Shown: one piece after another, positions 50,749-62,000 of the stretch | Layout of the letters: each line of letters opens with the position of its first letter | How positions within the stretch are numbered: position 1 is the first letter of the stretch | From: an uncultured delta proteobacterium | GTDB lineage: Bacteria > Desulfobacterota > Binatia > JACPRU01 | DNA length: 64,000 nt | NCBI GenBank assembly: GCA_963745025.1 | Contig: CAVUWD010000007.1 | Span: 32,001 to 96,000 of the forward strand | Direction: 5' to 3' | Position numbers and translations under genes: made by a program | Notes under the pieces: generated by a model | The model's database searches: none | Told to the model about the DNA's origin: nothing | What the model saw: only the letters and a program-made list of their open reading frames with translations

Positions 50749-53532
50749 TCAGGTCGCCTTCTGGATGTCCACATGCACGCCCCGGTCGATCGGGACGGGC
50801 TGCCACAGCAATGGGCGATAGCGCAGGTGTCCGTAACCACCGGCGAGCGTCAACCATTTGACCATCCCGGTTTCCAGACACGAGGAGTCCTTCCATCCCG
50901 GGTACAGATACGACTCGAATCCCGTATACACGATCACCTGGCCCGGTCGTACCGCCGGCGTCACGCGCGCCTGTATGACTATCGTCCCGTCGTCGTTGAA
51001 GAGGCGGATGTCCTGTCCGTTCTCGATGCCGCGGGCCGCGGCATCTCGGTCGTTGATGTGCGCAACCGGCTTGCCGCGGGTCGTCGCGAGCATCGTGCGG
51101 TCGGTGCTGTGCATGCCGTTGACGCTCGAACGCAAGTGACCGCTGGTGACGACGAAGGGGTGGTCACCACCCATGGCCGGGCCTTCCTTGTGCACCGGCA
51201 ACTCCTCGCCCGCCTCCAGAAACCACTCATGGTCGATGTAGAATTGCGCGCGGCGAGTGAGCGTGGGAAACGGCTCCTTCTTCTCGGTCTGCCAACGAAA
51301 CGGGGTAAAGGTTTCGTCCGGGCGCACGTCCGACGCTCCCGCCAGGGAGAGCGGCGCGGCGCCCAAGCCGGTGAAGCGCACCCACCCCTTCTCCCGCAGC
51401 GTCGCCAGCGTGGTGCCCGGCGGCAGGGTTCCCATCACGGCCGAGTCGCGAATCGCCTCGTCCCAAACGGCATCGTCGCTCGCCAAGGCGCCATTCAGCG
51501 TCAGATCGTCGTAGAACGTATCCAGTCGGATCGATCGGCCGTCCGCCCCCTTCACTTCCAGCAGCCCGCGCGCCACGGCGCGCTCGGAGAGCTTGCGCGC
51601 GATCAACAGCATGGCCTGGTAGTCGGAGAGGGCTTCCCCCTGCGGTTCCACGGCACGATCCGACAGCGTGAGGTACATCGAGTCGTGCACCGTGTAAGGG
51701 AAGTTCGTTTTTTCGTAATGCTGCGCCACAGGCAGCACGTAGTCGGAGTAGAGCGCGGTGGTCGACAGCCGAAAGTCGAGGGTGACGATCAGGTTGAGCG
51801 TCGGCCACAGATGCTCGAGGAGCATGCGCTGGCCGCCGCGCTGCATGCGCAACGGGTTGTTCCCGATGTTGAAGAGGACGCGGTGCGGTTCTTCGACAGT
51901 CGGATGCTCCAGGCCTTTCCACCAGCCCTTCGCCAGCGCCTCGTTGACGTAGTCGTCGAAGCGGCGCTTCATCCCGGGATCGTTGTTCGAGGGTTTGTTA
52001 TAGACGTCCCGGTATCCGCACTGGTTGTACCAAAAGAAAAAGGGCGGGGTCGCGCCCGATTCCATGCCGCTCTTGGAGCCGGCCTCTATCATGAGCATTT
52101 CACGCGTGAGCGTCGGATCCGCAGCCAGGGCCGCCCGTATCCCCTCCTCCTGGGCGCGAAACGTTTCTTCGGTGACCTGCTGACCCACTCGCAACTTCTG
52201 GGGCAAGCTGTAGGCCCCATCGAACATACCTCCCGAGATGCCGCGAATACCGGCGCCTTTCTTGCCCCAATTGCCGGTGAGCGCGACCACCAGGCACATG
52301 GCCCGCTCCATCAGATCGCCGTGATACGACTTGCACATCGTGAAGCCGGTGAGGATGCGCGTCCGCTTGTTGGCGACCTTGCGGGCCAGCTGACGAATCG
52401 TCTCGGGATGGACGCCGCAGACGCCTGACGCGTCGTCCGGCGCGTATGCCTCGAGCCGGCGCCGCAGCAGCACGAATGCCGGCACCACTTCGACCTCGGT
52501 GCCGTCCTTCAGCGTGGCACCGTACGCGCCGTCCAGCGCCGGCTCGAGCCCCCCAAGTTCGAGCGTTCGCGGCGCTTCGGCGATCCGCTGGCTGCGCGTG
52601 TCGAACAGATGGAACACCTCGTCCGATCCGCCCTCACGGACATCGGACTGGCGCAGGAAGCGGCCGGTGTCGGTGCGCACCAGCAGGCCGAGATCGGTCT
52701 GTTCGCGCACGAACGGCTCATTGACCAGTCCCTCGTCGATGAGGACACGGCACATCGCCAGGGCTAGCGCGGCGTCGGAGCCGACCCGAACGGGCAGGTA
52801 CTGATCGGCGTGAACCGCCGAGGGGCTGTAGTCGGGCGCGATCGTGACGATCTCGGCGCCGTTGTAGCGCGCCTCGGTCAGGTAATGGAACGTCGTGATG
52901 TTGCTTTGCGCCGGATTGTTGGCCCAGATCAGCACCAGCTCGGAGTGAAACCAGTCGTCGTGACTGGAACACATCCCAATCCGTCCGAAGGTGATGTACA
53001 TCCCGAGCTCCATGTCACCAACCTCGGCAAGAAGGTCCGAAACCGTGGCCCCGAGCCGTAAGAAGACGTTGTTCGTGAGGGCCATCGCCTGACCGCCCCC
53101 TTCGGTCGTGCCCGGGCGCAAGATTGTGCGAGGCCCCGATTCCTCGATGGCGTCCAGCATCGCGTCCGCGATTTCAGTCGTCGCCTCGTCCCAGGTGACA
53201 CGGGTCCAGCGGCCTTCGCCCCGCTCACCGGCGCGGCGCATGGGATACGTCACGCGATCCGTCCCATTGAGCATCCGGCTCCACGCAGCGCCCTTCTGGC
53301 AGCCGGTGGGATTCAGGTCGGGGACTCCGGGCTCGATCGTCGTGAAGGTCGCCCCGGGTTCCTCGCGGATGACACGGCCGTCCCGGACGAAGACGTGGAA
53401 GGGGCAGTTGGCCGGATAGCAGTCGACGCAGTGCGTGCCCCACGTAACTTTGTCCCACTTCCACTTGTCTCGATAGGCGTCTGCCCAGGCCTCACTCGTC
53501 CGATCTATCGCTGCGTCTTCCGTGTGGCTCAT
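50749..53532 (-). CDS. Type II DMSO-reductase family molybdoenzyme alpha subunit (EbdA/steroid C25 dehydrogenase-like), no Tat signal
   Basis: WKWDKVTWGTHCVDCYPANC...NPTGCQKG (FS0), VGD putative Asp ligand, KSYHGDLMER, TLTRRAQFYIDH; ATGA overlap with the beta gene. Confidence 0.88.
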   Translation of the reverse strand: MSHTEDAAIDRTSEAWADAYRDKWKWDKVTWGTHCVDCYPANCPFHVFVRDGRVIREEPGATFTTIEPGVPDLNPTGCQKGAAWSRMLNGTDRVTYPMRRAGERGEGRWTRVTWDEATTEIADAMLDAIEESGPRTILRPGTTEGGGQAMALTNNVFLRLGATVSDLLAEVGDMELGMYITFGRIGMCSSHDDWFHSELVLIWANNPAQSNITTFHYLTEARYNGAEIVTIAPDYSPSAVHADQYLPVRVGSDAALALAMCRVLIDEGLVNEPFVREQTDLGLLVRTDTGRFLRQSDVREGGSDEVFHLFDTRSQRIAEAPRTLELGGLEPALDGAYGATLKDGTEVEVVPAFVLLRRRLEAYAPDDASGVCGVHPETIRQLARKVANKRTRILTGFTMCKSYHGDLMERAMCLVVALTGNWGKKGAGIRGISGGMFDGAYSLPQKLRVGQQVTEETFRAQEEGIRAALAADPTLTREMLMIEAGSKSGMESGATPPFFFWYNQCGYRDVYNKPSNNDPGMKRRFDDYVNEALAKGWWKGLEHPTVEEPHRVLFNIGNNPLRMQRGGQRMLLEHLWPTLNLIVTLDFRLSTTALYSDYVLPVAQHYEKTNFPYTVHDSMYLTLSDRAVEPQGEALSDYQAMLLIARKLSERAVARGLLEVKGADGRSIRLDTFYDDLTLNGALASDDAVWDEAIRDSAVMGTLPPGTTLATLREKGWVRFTGLGAAPLSLAGASDVRPDETFTPFRWQTEKKEPFPTLTRRAQFYIDHEWFLEAGEELPVHKEGPAMGGDHPFVVTSGHLRSSVNGMHSTDRTMLATTRGKPVAHINDRDAAARGIENGQDIRLFNDDGTIVIQARVTPAVRPGQVIVYTGFESYLYPGWKDSSCLETGMVKWLTLAGGYGHLRYRPLLWQPVPIDRGVHVDIQKAT

Positions 53533-54590
53533 CGGAGATTTCCTTTCGTGGGTTCGTTCCTCCAATCGATGTCGGCTGGATCGCGGTGCAGGTGGCCGAG
53601 GGCGTCCTTCCAGTGGTACAGAATGAGGGTGTCCAGCAGTTCCGACCATTCGCCGCGCCGCCGTTTTTCGAGCTGCGCCTTCAGGGTCGCGAGCGCCGTA
53701 TGAACGGCTGGACCGAACAGCGACTCCAGGTAGGCTGGCGGAATGCGCTCGCCGGTATCGTCCAGGCCACCGTCTGCGCGCAACGGCGCCGGCGCCAGCG
53801 GCGGTACATAGTAGACGTTGGATTCCACGCCAAACTCGGGATGCAGCGGCAGCGCCACGTTCCACTGGCGCACGAGCTTGTGGACCGGTGAGCGCTCGTC
53901 GTCGAGAAAACCGACGAACGCCGCCCGCCCCGGGCAGGATCGCACGCAGACCGGGGCCACACCGTGGTCGATACGTGGAAAACACCCGATGCACTTCTGG
54001 GAGATATCCCGTTTCGGGTTGAAGGAGATCTTCTTGTATGGACACGCCCCGATGCAGGAACGATCGCCTTGGCAGCGCGCTTCGTCGATCAGGACGAGCC
54101 CGTCATCCTCCCGCTTGAAGATCGCGTCGTGCGGACAGGCTTCGACACAGGCCGGTCGGGTGCAGTGCGCACAGAGGCGGGGCAAGTAGAAGAAGTAGGA
54201 GTTGGGATACTGGCCGCCGCCCTCGTCCTCGTCCCAGTTCATTCCCCAGCTGGAATTTCCGCTGATCGCGTGCAGGTGGACGTCGCGGCCGCGGCCGCCC
54301 TTGAGCACTTCATCGTAATTGAAATCCAGGCCGCCACCGATTTCTTCCTCGGTCGGCTCGCGGCCGATCTGCAGGCGACCATCAACGTACCCCCCGCCCA
54401 TGCTCTGCCAGTCGCGCGGCATGCCGCGACCGGGCTGCGTGTTGACCGTCATCCACCACATCGACTCGGTACCCGGATCCTCACCGGGCCACTGGACCTT
54501 GCAGGCAACCGAGCAGGTCTGGCAGCCAATACACTTGTTGAGGTCGAAGACCCACGCGAGCTGCCGCTTCGACCGCGTCAAGGTTCCCAT
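53529..54590 (-). CDS. Fe-S beta subunit (EbdB/NarH-like)
   Basis: DLNKCIGCQTC, YLPRLCAHC...C...CP, CQGDRSC...CPYKK, KCIGCFPR and LHPEFG motifs. Confidence 0.92.
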   Translation of the reverse strand: MGTLTRSKRQLAWVFDLNKCIGCQTCSVACKVQWPGEDPGTESMWWMTVNTQPGRGMPRDWQSMGGGYVDGRLQIGREPTEEEIGGGLDFNYDEVLKGGRGRDVHLHAISGNSSWGMNWDEDEGGGQYPNSYFFYLPRLCAHCTRPACVEACPHDAIFKREDDGLVLIDEARCQGDRSCIGACPYKKISFNPKRDISQKCIGCFPRIDHGVAPVCVRSCPGRAAFVGFLDDERSPVHKLVRQWNVALPLHPEFGVESNVYYVPPLAPAPLRADGGLDDTGERIPPAYLESLFGPAVHTALATLKAQLEKRRRGEWSELLDTLILYHWKDALGHLHRDPADIDWRNEPTKGNLR

Positions 54591-54690
54591 GGTTTCGTTC
54601 TCCTTCGGGCAATCCCTACCGTGAGTTTTTTCCCGGCGGCGACACTAGATAGAAAGAAGCGGGCTTTGAATGGCGTGACCGGACAAGAAC

Positions 54691-55743
54691 GTGATATTTT
54701 CGGCCACGGTGGCGGATCCGATGCGCACTTGGAACGTTCGGGGCATTGCCAGCGTCCACCTGCTCATGAGCTTGGGGGCAGAGCACGGCCTTTCGGCGAG
54801 CGACTGCCTGCGCGGATCGGCGATCCCGGTCGAGAGCCTGGAGGACCCGTTCTTCGAGGTCGAGGCGAGCCAGGAACTCACGGTCGTGCGCAACCTCCTG
54901 CACCACCTCGCCCACGTCCCAGGCATCGGACTCGAAGCTGGGCGGCGATACCGGCTCACGGGCTACGGAATCCTGGGCTACGCGCTCCTCAGCAGCCGCT
55001 CCCTGCGCAGTGCGATCGATTTCGCGGTTCGCTACCTCGATCTCACCTTTGCCTTCAATCGCTACCAAACCGAGAAGGTGGCCGAGGGGCTCCGGATCGT
55101 GTTGGACGATCGTGACGTTCCCAAAGATTGCCGGCAGTTCCTCGTCGAGCGCGATGCTGCAGCGACCGTGGCCCTCTCGCGTCAGCTGTTACTGAAACCG
55201 CTGCCGCTCCACCGGGCAACCTTCCGCTTCGAACGACCATCGTACGCTGCACGTTTTGAGGAGTTCTTTCTCGGCCCCGTTTTCTTCGGAGGGCCCGTTC
55301 ACGAGATGGTGATCAGCAACGAGTGGGTGGACCAGCCGCTTCCGCAAGCCGACGAGCCGACGGTGCGGCTCTGCGAGGAGCAGTGCAGGGAGCTGCTCGA
55401 CCGGCGGCGGGCGCAGACGCGTGTCTCGGAGCGGGTCCGTCAACATCTCCTGCGGCCACGGGGCGCCGCCCAGATGGAAGGGCTCGCAGCGGAGCTGGGA
55501 ATGGCACCGCGCACTCTCCACCGGCACCTCGCCGCCGAAGGAGCCTCGTTCCGGCAGCTCTTGGACGAGGTGCGTCAGGCCCTTGCCGAGGAGATGCTCG
55601 CACACCGGATGACGGTGGATGAGGTTGCCGAGCGCCTCGGTTACTCCGAGGCGTCGAGCTTCGCCCACGCATTCAAGCGCTGGAAGGGCATCTCCCCCAG
55701 GACGTATCGCCGGCAGACCGCCGACGCGTCACGGCGCGACTGA
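54691..55743 (+). CDS. AraC-family regulator (Arabinose_bd_2/VirS-OruR type)
   Basis: YGILGYALLSS and RTLHRHL...VAERLGYSEASSFAHAFKRWKG; start may be 54721. Confidence 0.93.
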   Translation: MIFSATVADPMRTWNVRGIASVHLLMSLGAEHGLSASDCLRGSAIPVESLEDPFFEVEASQELTVVRNLLHHLAHVPGIGLEAGRRYRLTGYGILGYALLSSRSLRSAIDFAVRYLDLTFAFNRYQTEKVAEGLRIVLDDRDVPKDCRQFLVERDAAATVALSRQLLLKPLPLHRATFRFERPSYAARFEEFFLGPVFFGGPVHEMVISNEWVDQPLPQADEPTVRLCEEQCRELLDRRRAQTRVSERVRQHLLRPRGAAQMEGLAAELGMAPRTLHRHLAAEGASFRQLLDEVRQALAEEMLAHRMTVDEVAERLGYSEASSFAHAFKRWKGISPRTYRRQTADASRRD

Positions 55744-55877
55744 GTTGCCTGAAGGTTTCCTCGCCAAGAGGTCCGGACCGTCGCCGTCGCCGCGGGGGTT
55801 TTTGTCATGGTAGCTGCCGACATGCCAGGGTCGCGAACACAAGTTGGGAATCCGCTATCGTGGCCACAACGGTGGCC

Positions 55878-58800
55878 ATGAAACGAAGGGTGCTCGACCA
55901 GTTCCAGGATCTGTCGGGCTGGGGCGCCGTCGCGTCGGGCCAGGCTGAGTTGCACATTTCGCAGGACCGAGGGCCCGACGGTGCGGCGATGCGCCTCGAC
56001 TTCGACTTCAAAGGTGGCGGCGGCTTCGTCGTCGCCCGGCACCTCTTTTCTGTGCCGCTTCCCGACGCTTATGCGTTCAGTTTCAACCTTCGGGGGGCAG
56101 CGCCGCGCAACAAGTTCGAGTTCAAGCTGGTCGACCCGACCGGCAAGAACGTGTGGCGCTATCAGCAAGAGGCGTTCGACTTCACGTCCGACTGGCAACC
56201 GCTACTGATTCGCAGCAGTCAGATCGAGTTCGCTTGGGGACCCGCGGGAGGCGGGCGCATGACGGAAGTTGGAGCGATCGAGTTCGTCATCACCGCCGGT
56301 CCGGTGGGCAAGGGCACCGTCTGGATCGGCGATCTGCAGTTCGAAGATCGGAGCTTCGCGTCGCAGCCCGTCGTCACGGCATCGAGCGCCGCGTCCGGCC
56401 ATGAGCCACGCTGTGCGGTCGATCGACGGCGCGAATCCAGCTGGCGCAGCACACCCTCCGTCGATCCACAGTGGTTGCTCATGGACCTCGAGGAGGAACA
56501 CGAATACGGCGGCTTGATCATTGATTGGGATCCGGCAGCGCCGGTGCGCCGCTTTGCGGTGCAGACGTCGAACGACGCAGCCACGTGGAAGACAGTCTAC
56601 TCGGCGCAGCGCGCCGCCGTGACGCGGAACTACGTGTATTTGCGCGGCGGCAGCTCGCGCTATATCCGCCTCGATCTCGACGCGGCCGACGCGCAGCGGG
56701 GCGTCGGCATCGTCAACGCGCAGCTCGAGCCCTACGAGTTCTCGCGCTCCATCAACGAGTTCTTCCACAACGTCGCCGCGGGCGAGCCGCGCGGGCGCTA
56801 CCCGAAGTACCTGTGCCGGCAGCAGACGTACTGGTCCCCGGTCGGCATTCCGAACGGCGTCACTCGGGCGCTGCTCAACGAAGAGGGCATGGTCGAAGTT
56901 GACGAAGGGACGTTCTCGATCGAACCCTTCCTCTGGGTGGATGGCAGGCTGATCACCTGGGCCGATGCGGCGCCGGCGCAGCAGCTAGAGGACGAGTACC
57001 TGCCGATCCCGTCGTCGGTGTGGCGCTGCGATGACGTCCTGCTCAGCATCACCGCCTTTGCGACCGGCAAATCGGATGACGCGGTGCTCTATGTACGCTA
57101 TCGCGTCGAGCACAAGAGTGCCGCCAGCCGCGCGGTGCGCCTGTTCGCCGTGGTGCGCCCGTTCCAGGTGACGCCACCGTGGCAAAGCTTCCGTACCCTC
57201 GGCGGCGTCAGCCCGGTCCGCGACATTGCTTGTCGTCCCAATGCGATCTGGGTCAACCGCAGCAAGGCCGTCATTCCCCTGAGCCGCCCGAATCGATTCG
57301 GAGCGTCACCGTTCGACGAGGGGATCACGGAATGCCTCGAGGCTGGCGAACTGCCGGCGGCGGCCGATGTGCACGATGACTTTGGCTATGCGTCGGGCGC
57401 GCTGTGCTACGACCTGGACATCGTGCCCGGCATTGCCCAGGACGTCTATCTGGCGATCCCGTTCGGTGCACGCGCCGACACCCACGACGCGCCGCTGCTG
57501 CCGGCAGGGATCAGCGGCGCCGAGCAGTTCGATGCCGCCGTGCGCGAGTGGCGGGACACACTGGCAGCAGTGGACATTCGCCTGCCGGCGGCCCGCGCCG
57601 CTATCGACACGCTGAAGACCGCCGCGGCGCACATCCTGATCAATCGCGACGGGCCCGCGTTGCAACCGGGCCCGCGGCGCTACACGCGATCCTGGATCCG
57701 CGACGGCGCCATCATGGGAGCCGCCTTGTTGCGTGTCGGCTGTCGCGACGCCATGCGCGAGTTCATCCGCTGGTATGCCCCGTATCAGCGCGATGACGGC
57801 TTCGTTCCCTGCTCTGTCGATCGCGACGGGCCGGACTGGCTCGTCGAGCACGACAGCCACGGCCAGCTCGTCTACGCCGTCATGGAGGATTTTCGCTTCA
57901 CCGGCGATCGCGCCTTTCTGGCCGAGATGTGGCCCTCCGTGATCAAGGCGGCCGACTGCATCGAAGGCTTGCGGAACCTGCGGCTGACGCCGGAGTTTCA
58001 GAGCGCGAACAAGCGCGCCTGCTACGGTCTGCTGCCCGAGTCGGCCAGCCACGAAGGGTATCTGGCGCATCCGGTGCACTCGTACTGGGACGACTTCTGG
58101 GCATTGCGCGGCCTCAAGGATGCCGCGGCCATGGCCGAGATCCTGGGTGATCCGGTGCAAGCACGGCGGCTCGCTGCCCTGCGCGACGACCTCGCAGCAA
58201 CCTTGTATGCCTCGATTCGCACCACCATCGCCACGCGGCAGCTGAACTATATTCCGGGGTCTGTCGAGTGGGCCGATTTCGACCCGACGGCCACGGCCAA
58301 CGCCATCGCCATGCTCGACGAGTCGGCGAACCTGCCGGCGGACGCCGTCAATTGGATGTTCGAGGAGTACTTAGCTGGTGTCCGGAAGAAGCGCGCCGGC
58401 GAGGTCGATTGGGCGAACTACACGGCCTACGAGATTCGCATCATCGGCGCGCTGGTGCGTCTCGGCAAGCGGCAGAGCGCCCTGGAGCTGCTCGACTTCT
58501 TCCTCTCCGACCGCCGCCCCCTGCCGTGGAATCAATGGCCCGAGATTTCATGGCGTGATCCGACGAGTCCCGGTCACCTTGGCGACGTGCCGCACACATG
58601 GATCGGTGCAGAATACATCCTGTCGCTTTTGAGCATGTTCGCCTTCGAGCGCGAGGCCGATCAGTCGCTGGTCATCGGTGCGGGCTTGCGGTCCGAGTGG
58701 TTGAACGCCGCCGGTGCAGTGCAGGTGCGCGGCCTCCCGACGTGGTATGGGGCAGTGAACTTCACGCTGCAACGCGAGAGCACGGGGAGCCTGCGGTTGC

Positions 58801-58961
58801 AGCTCGACGGCGACCTCACCATGCCCCGCGGCAAGATCGTCGCTCGCCCCCCACTCGATAGGGCGCTGCAAGAGGTGCTCGTGAACGGCAAGCCGACGCG
58901 CAACTTCACGGCCGATGAGGTCGTGATCGACGAGCTCCCCGCCGACGTCGTGATGCGGTAG
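55878..58961 (+). CDS. Carbohydrate-binding/discoidin (F5/8 type C) domains plus (alpha/alpha)6 glycoside hydrolase-like domain
   Basis: QWLLMDL...YGGLIIDW...SRYIRL; QPGPRRYTRSWIRDG, EHDSHG, SHEGY, HSYWDDFW and GDVPHTW motifs. Confidence 0.8.
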   Translation: MKRRVLDQFQDLSGWGAVASGQAELHISQDRGPDGAAMRLDFDFKGGGGFVVARHLFSVPLPDAYAFSFNLRGAAPRNKFEFKLVDPTGKNVWRYQQEAFDFTSDWQPLLIRSSQIEFAWGPAGGGRMTEVGAIEFVITAGPVGKGTVWIGDLQFEDRSFASQPVVTASSAASGHEPRCAVDRRRESSWRSTPSVDPQWLLMDLEEEHEYGGLIIDWDPAAPVRRFAVQTSNDAATWKTVYSAQRAAVTRNYVYLRGGSSRYIRLDLDAADAQRGVGIVNAQLEPYEFSRSINEFFHNVAAGEPRGRYPKYLCRQQTYWSPVGIPNGVTRALLNEEGMVEVDEGTFSIEPFLWVDGRLITWADAAPAQQLEDEYLPIPSSVWRCDDVLLSITAFATGKSDDAVLYVRYRVEHKSAASRAVRLFAVVRPFQVTPPWQSFRTLGGVSPVRDIACRPNAIWVNRSKAVIPLSRPNRFGASPFDEGITECLEAGELPAAADVHDDFGYASGALCYDLDIVPGIAQDVYLAIPFGARADTHDAPLLPAGISGAEQFDAAVREWRDTLAAVDIRLPAARAAIDTLKTAAAHILINRDGPALQPGPRRYTRSWIRDGAIMGAALLRVGCRDAMREFIRWYAPYQRDDGFVPCSVDRDGPDWLVEHDSHGQLVYAVMEDFRFTGDRAFLAEMWPSVIKAADCIEGLRNLRLTPEFQSANKRACYGLLPESASHEGYLAHPVHSYWDDFWALRGLKDAAAMAEILGDPVQARRLAALRDDLAATLYASIRTTIATRQLNYIPGSVEWADFDPTATANAIAMLDESANLPADAVNWMFEEYLAGVRKKRAGEVDWANYTAYEIRIIGALVRLGKRQSALELLDFFLSDRRPLPWNQWPEISWRDPTSPGHLGDVPHTWIGAEYILSLLSMFAFEREADQSLVIGAGLRSEWLNAAGAVQVRGLPTWYGAVNFTLQRESTGSLRLQLDGDLTMPRGKIVARPPLDRALQEVLVNGKPTRNFTADEVVIDELPADVVMR

Positions 58962-59018
58962 CATCCCCTCGCCGGGAACGGCGATCTGCCGACACGGCCC
59001 CGACCTCGGAGGAACGCG

Positions 59019-62000
59019 ATGACGTCTCAGATTTTTCCGGCCCATGTGGAGAGCCCGTCGGGCCTCAGCGTGCAGGTGAGCGCGAACGGCTCGGTCCGCC
59101 GCATGGATCACGGCGACATCATTCTCAACCTGTTCCTGGGAACCGAGATCGAGGGTGGCCCGGCCAACATCTACCTCCGCCGGCACGACGCCTCGATCGA
59201 GTCGATCCCGCTGCTGGGCCCCCGCAGTCCCGCGGCCGTGCGTGTCGACGAGCGCGGTCTCCGCCTCGACGGTGAGTGGAAGCACGTGCGCTTCCATGTC
59301 GCGCTCGTCCTGGCACAGTCGACGGCCGCGTGGCTGTGGCATGTGACGCTGGAGAATACGGGGGACACCGCCGCCTCGGTTGATCTCATCTACGCGCAGG
59401 ATCTGGCCCTCGCGCACTACGGGGCCGTGCGCATGAACGAGTACTACGTCAGCCAGTACATCGACTACACACCACTGACCCATGCGCGCTGCGGCACCGT
59501 GCTCGCCGTCCGCCAGAACCTGTCGATGGGCGGGCGTTACCCGTGGGCGGTGATCGGTTCGCTGGGGCACGCTGTCAGCTTCGCCACCGACGCATTGCAG
59601 TTCCATGGCGTAGCCGCGCGTGCCGGTGCGGTCGCCGAAGGACTGCAGGCCGCAGTGCTCCCGGGGACGCGGCAGCAACATGAGCACTCGATGGCGGTGA
59701 TCCAGGACGCCCAAGTGCGTCTCGACCCGGGCGCAAGGCTGCAGCGCGGCTTCTTCGGATGGTTCGAGGCGGACCATCCCGCCGCGTCATCGCCCGCCGA
59801 CCTCACGTTCGTCGACCAGGCATTGACGCTGCCGGAGGCCACGACTGCACCGGTGGCTGCATCGGACACGCTGTTCAGCGCCCGTCCGATCCTCGCCAGC
59901 CTTGATCTGAGCGACAGCGACATCGCCGGCGCGTTCGGGAAAGACTTGCGCGAGGTGGAGCGCGACAACGGCGGCGTCTTGTCGTTCTTCGCCGGCGCCA
60001 ATCGGCATGTGGTGCTCAAGGCCAAGGAGCTGCAGGTCCTGCGTCCCCACGGCCACCTGATTCGCAGCGGCGATCACCTGGTGCCGGACGAGGCGTCACT
60101 GACCTCCACGACGTGGATGGCGGGTGTGTTCCACTCGCTGCTGACGCAGGGGCATGTGAGCATCAACCGCCTGCTGTCGACCGCGCGGAGCTACCTGGGA
60201 CTGCTGCGCTCCGGTGGCCAGCGCATCTTCGTCGAGTTGGAGGACGGCTACCACCTGCTCGACGTCCCGTCAGCCTACGAGATGGCCCCGAACGGCTGTC
60301 GCTGGCTCTACAAGCACCGCGGCGGCGTGATCCAGGTGTGCAGCTGGGCCCCGGTCGATCATCACGCGCTGCACCTGTCGATCGAGGTGCTTGCGGGGGC
60401 GCCCTGCCGTTTCCTCATTGCGCATCACGTCGCGATCAACGGTGACGATGGCGCCGACGCGATCCCCGTCCACTTCACCCAGGATGGCGATGGCGTCGTC
60501 ATCCACCCGCCGGCCGATTCCGACGTCGGGCGCCGCTTCCCGCAGGGCTTCTACCGCATCGATGTGGGGGAGAGGGCGACCGTCGAGCGCGTTGGGGGTG
60601 ACGAGTTGCTCTTCGTCGACGGACGATCACGGCGCCAACCGTTCCTTACCGTGGTGACGACGAAGACCGCGTCCATACAGGTGCGGATCACGGGCCACTT
60701 GCTCCCCGTCGCGGATCTCCCCGGCCCCGGTCGCACGCCGCAATACGTAGCGGAGCAGGGCGCCGCCGAGCGGTTTTGGAACGGCCTGCTGGGGCCGCTG
60801 GTGCTGCGCCCGGCCAGTGAGGGCGATGCCGCCGATGGGGTTGAGCGACTGCAGGAAATCGTCCCCTGGTTTGCGCACAACGCCATGATTCACTACCTCG
60901 CCCCGCGCGGACTGGAGCAGTACTCCGGCGGCGGTTGGGGCACGCGCGACGTCTGCCAAGGTCCGGTCGAACTGCTGCTGGCGCTCGGCACATGGGCCCC
61001 GCTGCGCGATCTACTGCTGCGGGTGTTCCGGGCACAGAACCCCGACGGCGACTGGCCGCAATGGTTCATGTTCTTCGAGCGCGAGCGCAGCATTCGACCG
61101 TCCGATTCGCACGGCGACATTATTTTCTGGCCGCTGCTGGCGCTGGCCCAGTACATCATTGCAACGGACGACGTCTCGCTCCTCGACGAAGTGGTGCCCT
61201 TTTTTCATCCGCAGGGCGACGATCAGGCGGAGCAGGCGACCATCTGGGCGCACCTCGAACGCGCCCTCTCGGCGATCGCCGGGCGCCTCATCCCGGGGAC
61301 GCAGCTGGTGGCCTATGGCCACGGCGACTGGAACGACTCGCTGCAGCCGGTCGACCCGGCCATGTGCGAGCGGCTGTGCAGTGCCTGGACCGTCACCCTG
61401 CACTACCAGACGCTCACCACTCTTGCGGCGGCCTTGCAACGCATCGGTCGCGCCGCCGCGGCACAGCCGTTCACGGAGCAGGCGCAGCGCATCCGCGAGG
61501 ACTTCCAGCGGCTGTTGGTCGTCGATGGGACGCTCACGGGCTACGCGTATTTCCATGAAGACGGACGCATCGATTACCTGCTGCACCCAGGCGATCAGAC
61601 CACCGGCATCCGGTTCAGCCTGCTCCCGATGATCCACGCCATCATCAACGGCCTGCTGACGGTAGAGCAGGCACGCATGCATGTGGGACACATCAAGGGG
61701 CATCTGCTCGCGGTTGACGGGGCGCGCATGTTCGATCGTCCGTTCGACTATCACGGCGGCCCACAGCGCTACTTCCAGCGCGCCGAGAGCAGCACGTACT
61801 TCGGCCGGGAGATCGGCATCATGTACACGCACGCCCACTTGCGGTACGCCGAGGCGATGGCACGCTACGGCGATGCCGACGCCTTGTTTCTGGCGTTGCG
61901 CCAGGCAAACCCGTGCGACGTGCGGGCGGTCGTGTCCCCGGCGCGGCGGCGGCAGGCGAACTGCTACTACTCCAGCTCGGACGCGCAGTTCGCGGATCGG

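Noticed and set aside
50749-54045. 1098-aa version of the molybdoenzyme alpha subunit with RR-containing N-terminal extension
   Set aside because: The extension overlaps the beta gene out of frame. The ATGA-coupled start at 53532 fits better, so these RR pairs are not a Tat signal.
50749-54590. Annotation as respiratory nitrate reductase narGH
   Set aside because: Alpha (~927 aa) and beta (353 aa) are much shorter than NarG/NarH, narJ/narI are absent, and the motifs look closer to EbdA/EbdB.
55745-55805. Possible terminator ending gcgggggtttttg after the AraC gene
   Set aside because: A U tract is present but no convincing adjacent stem.
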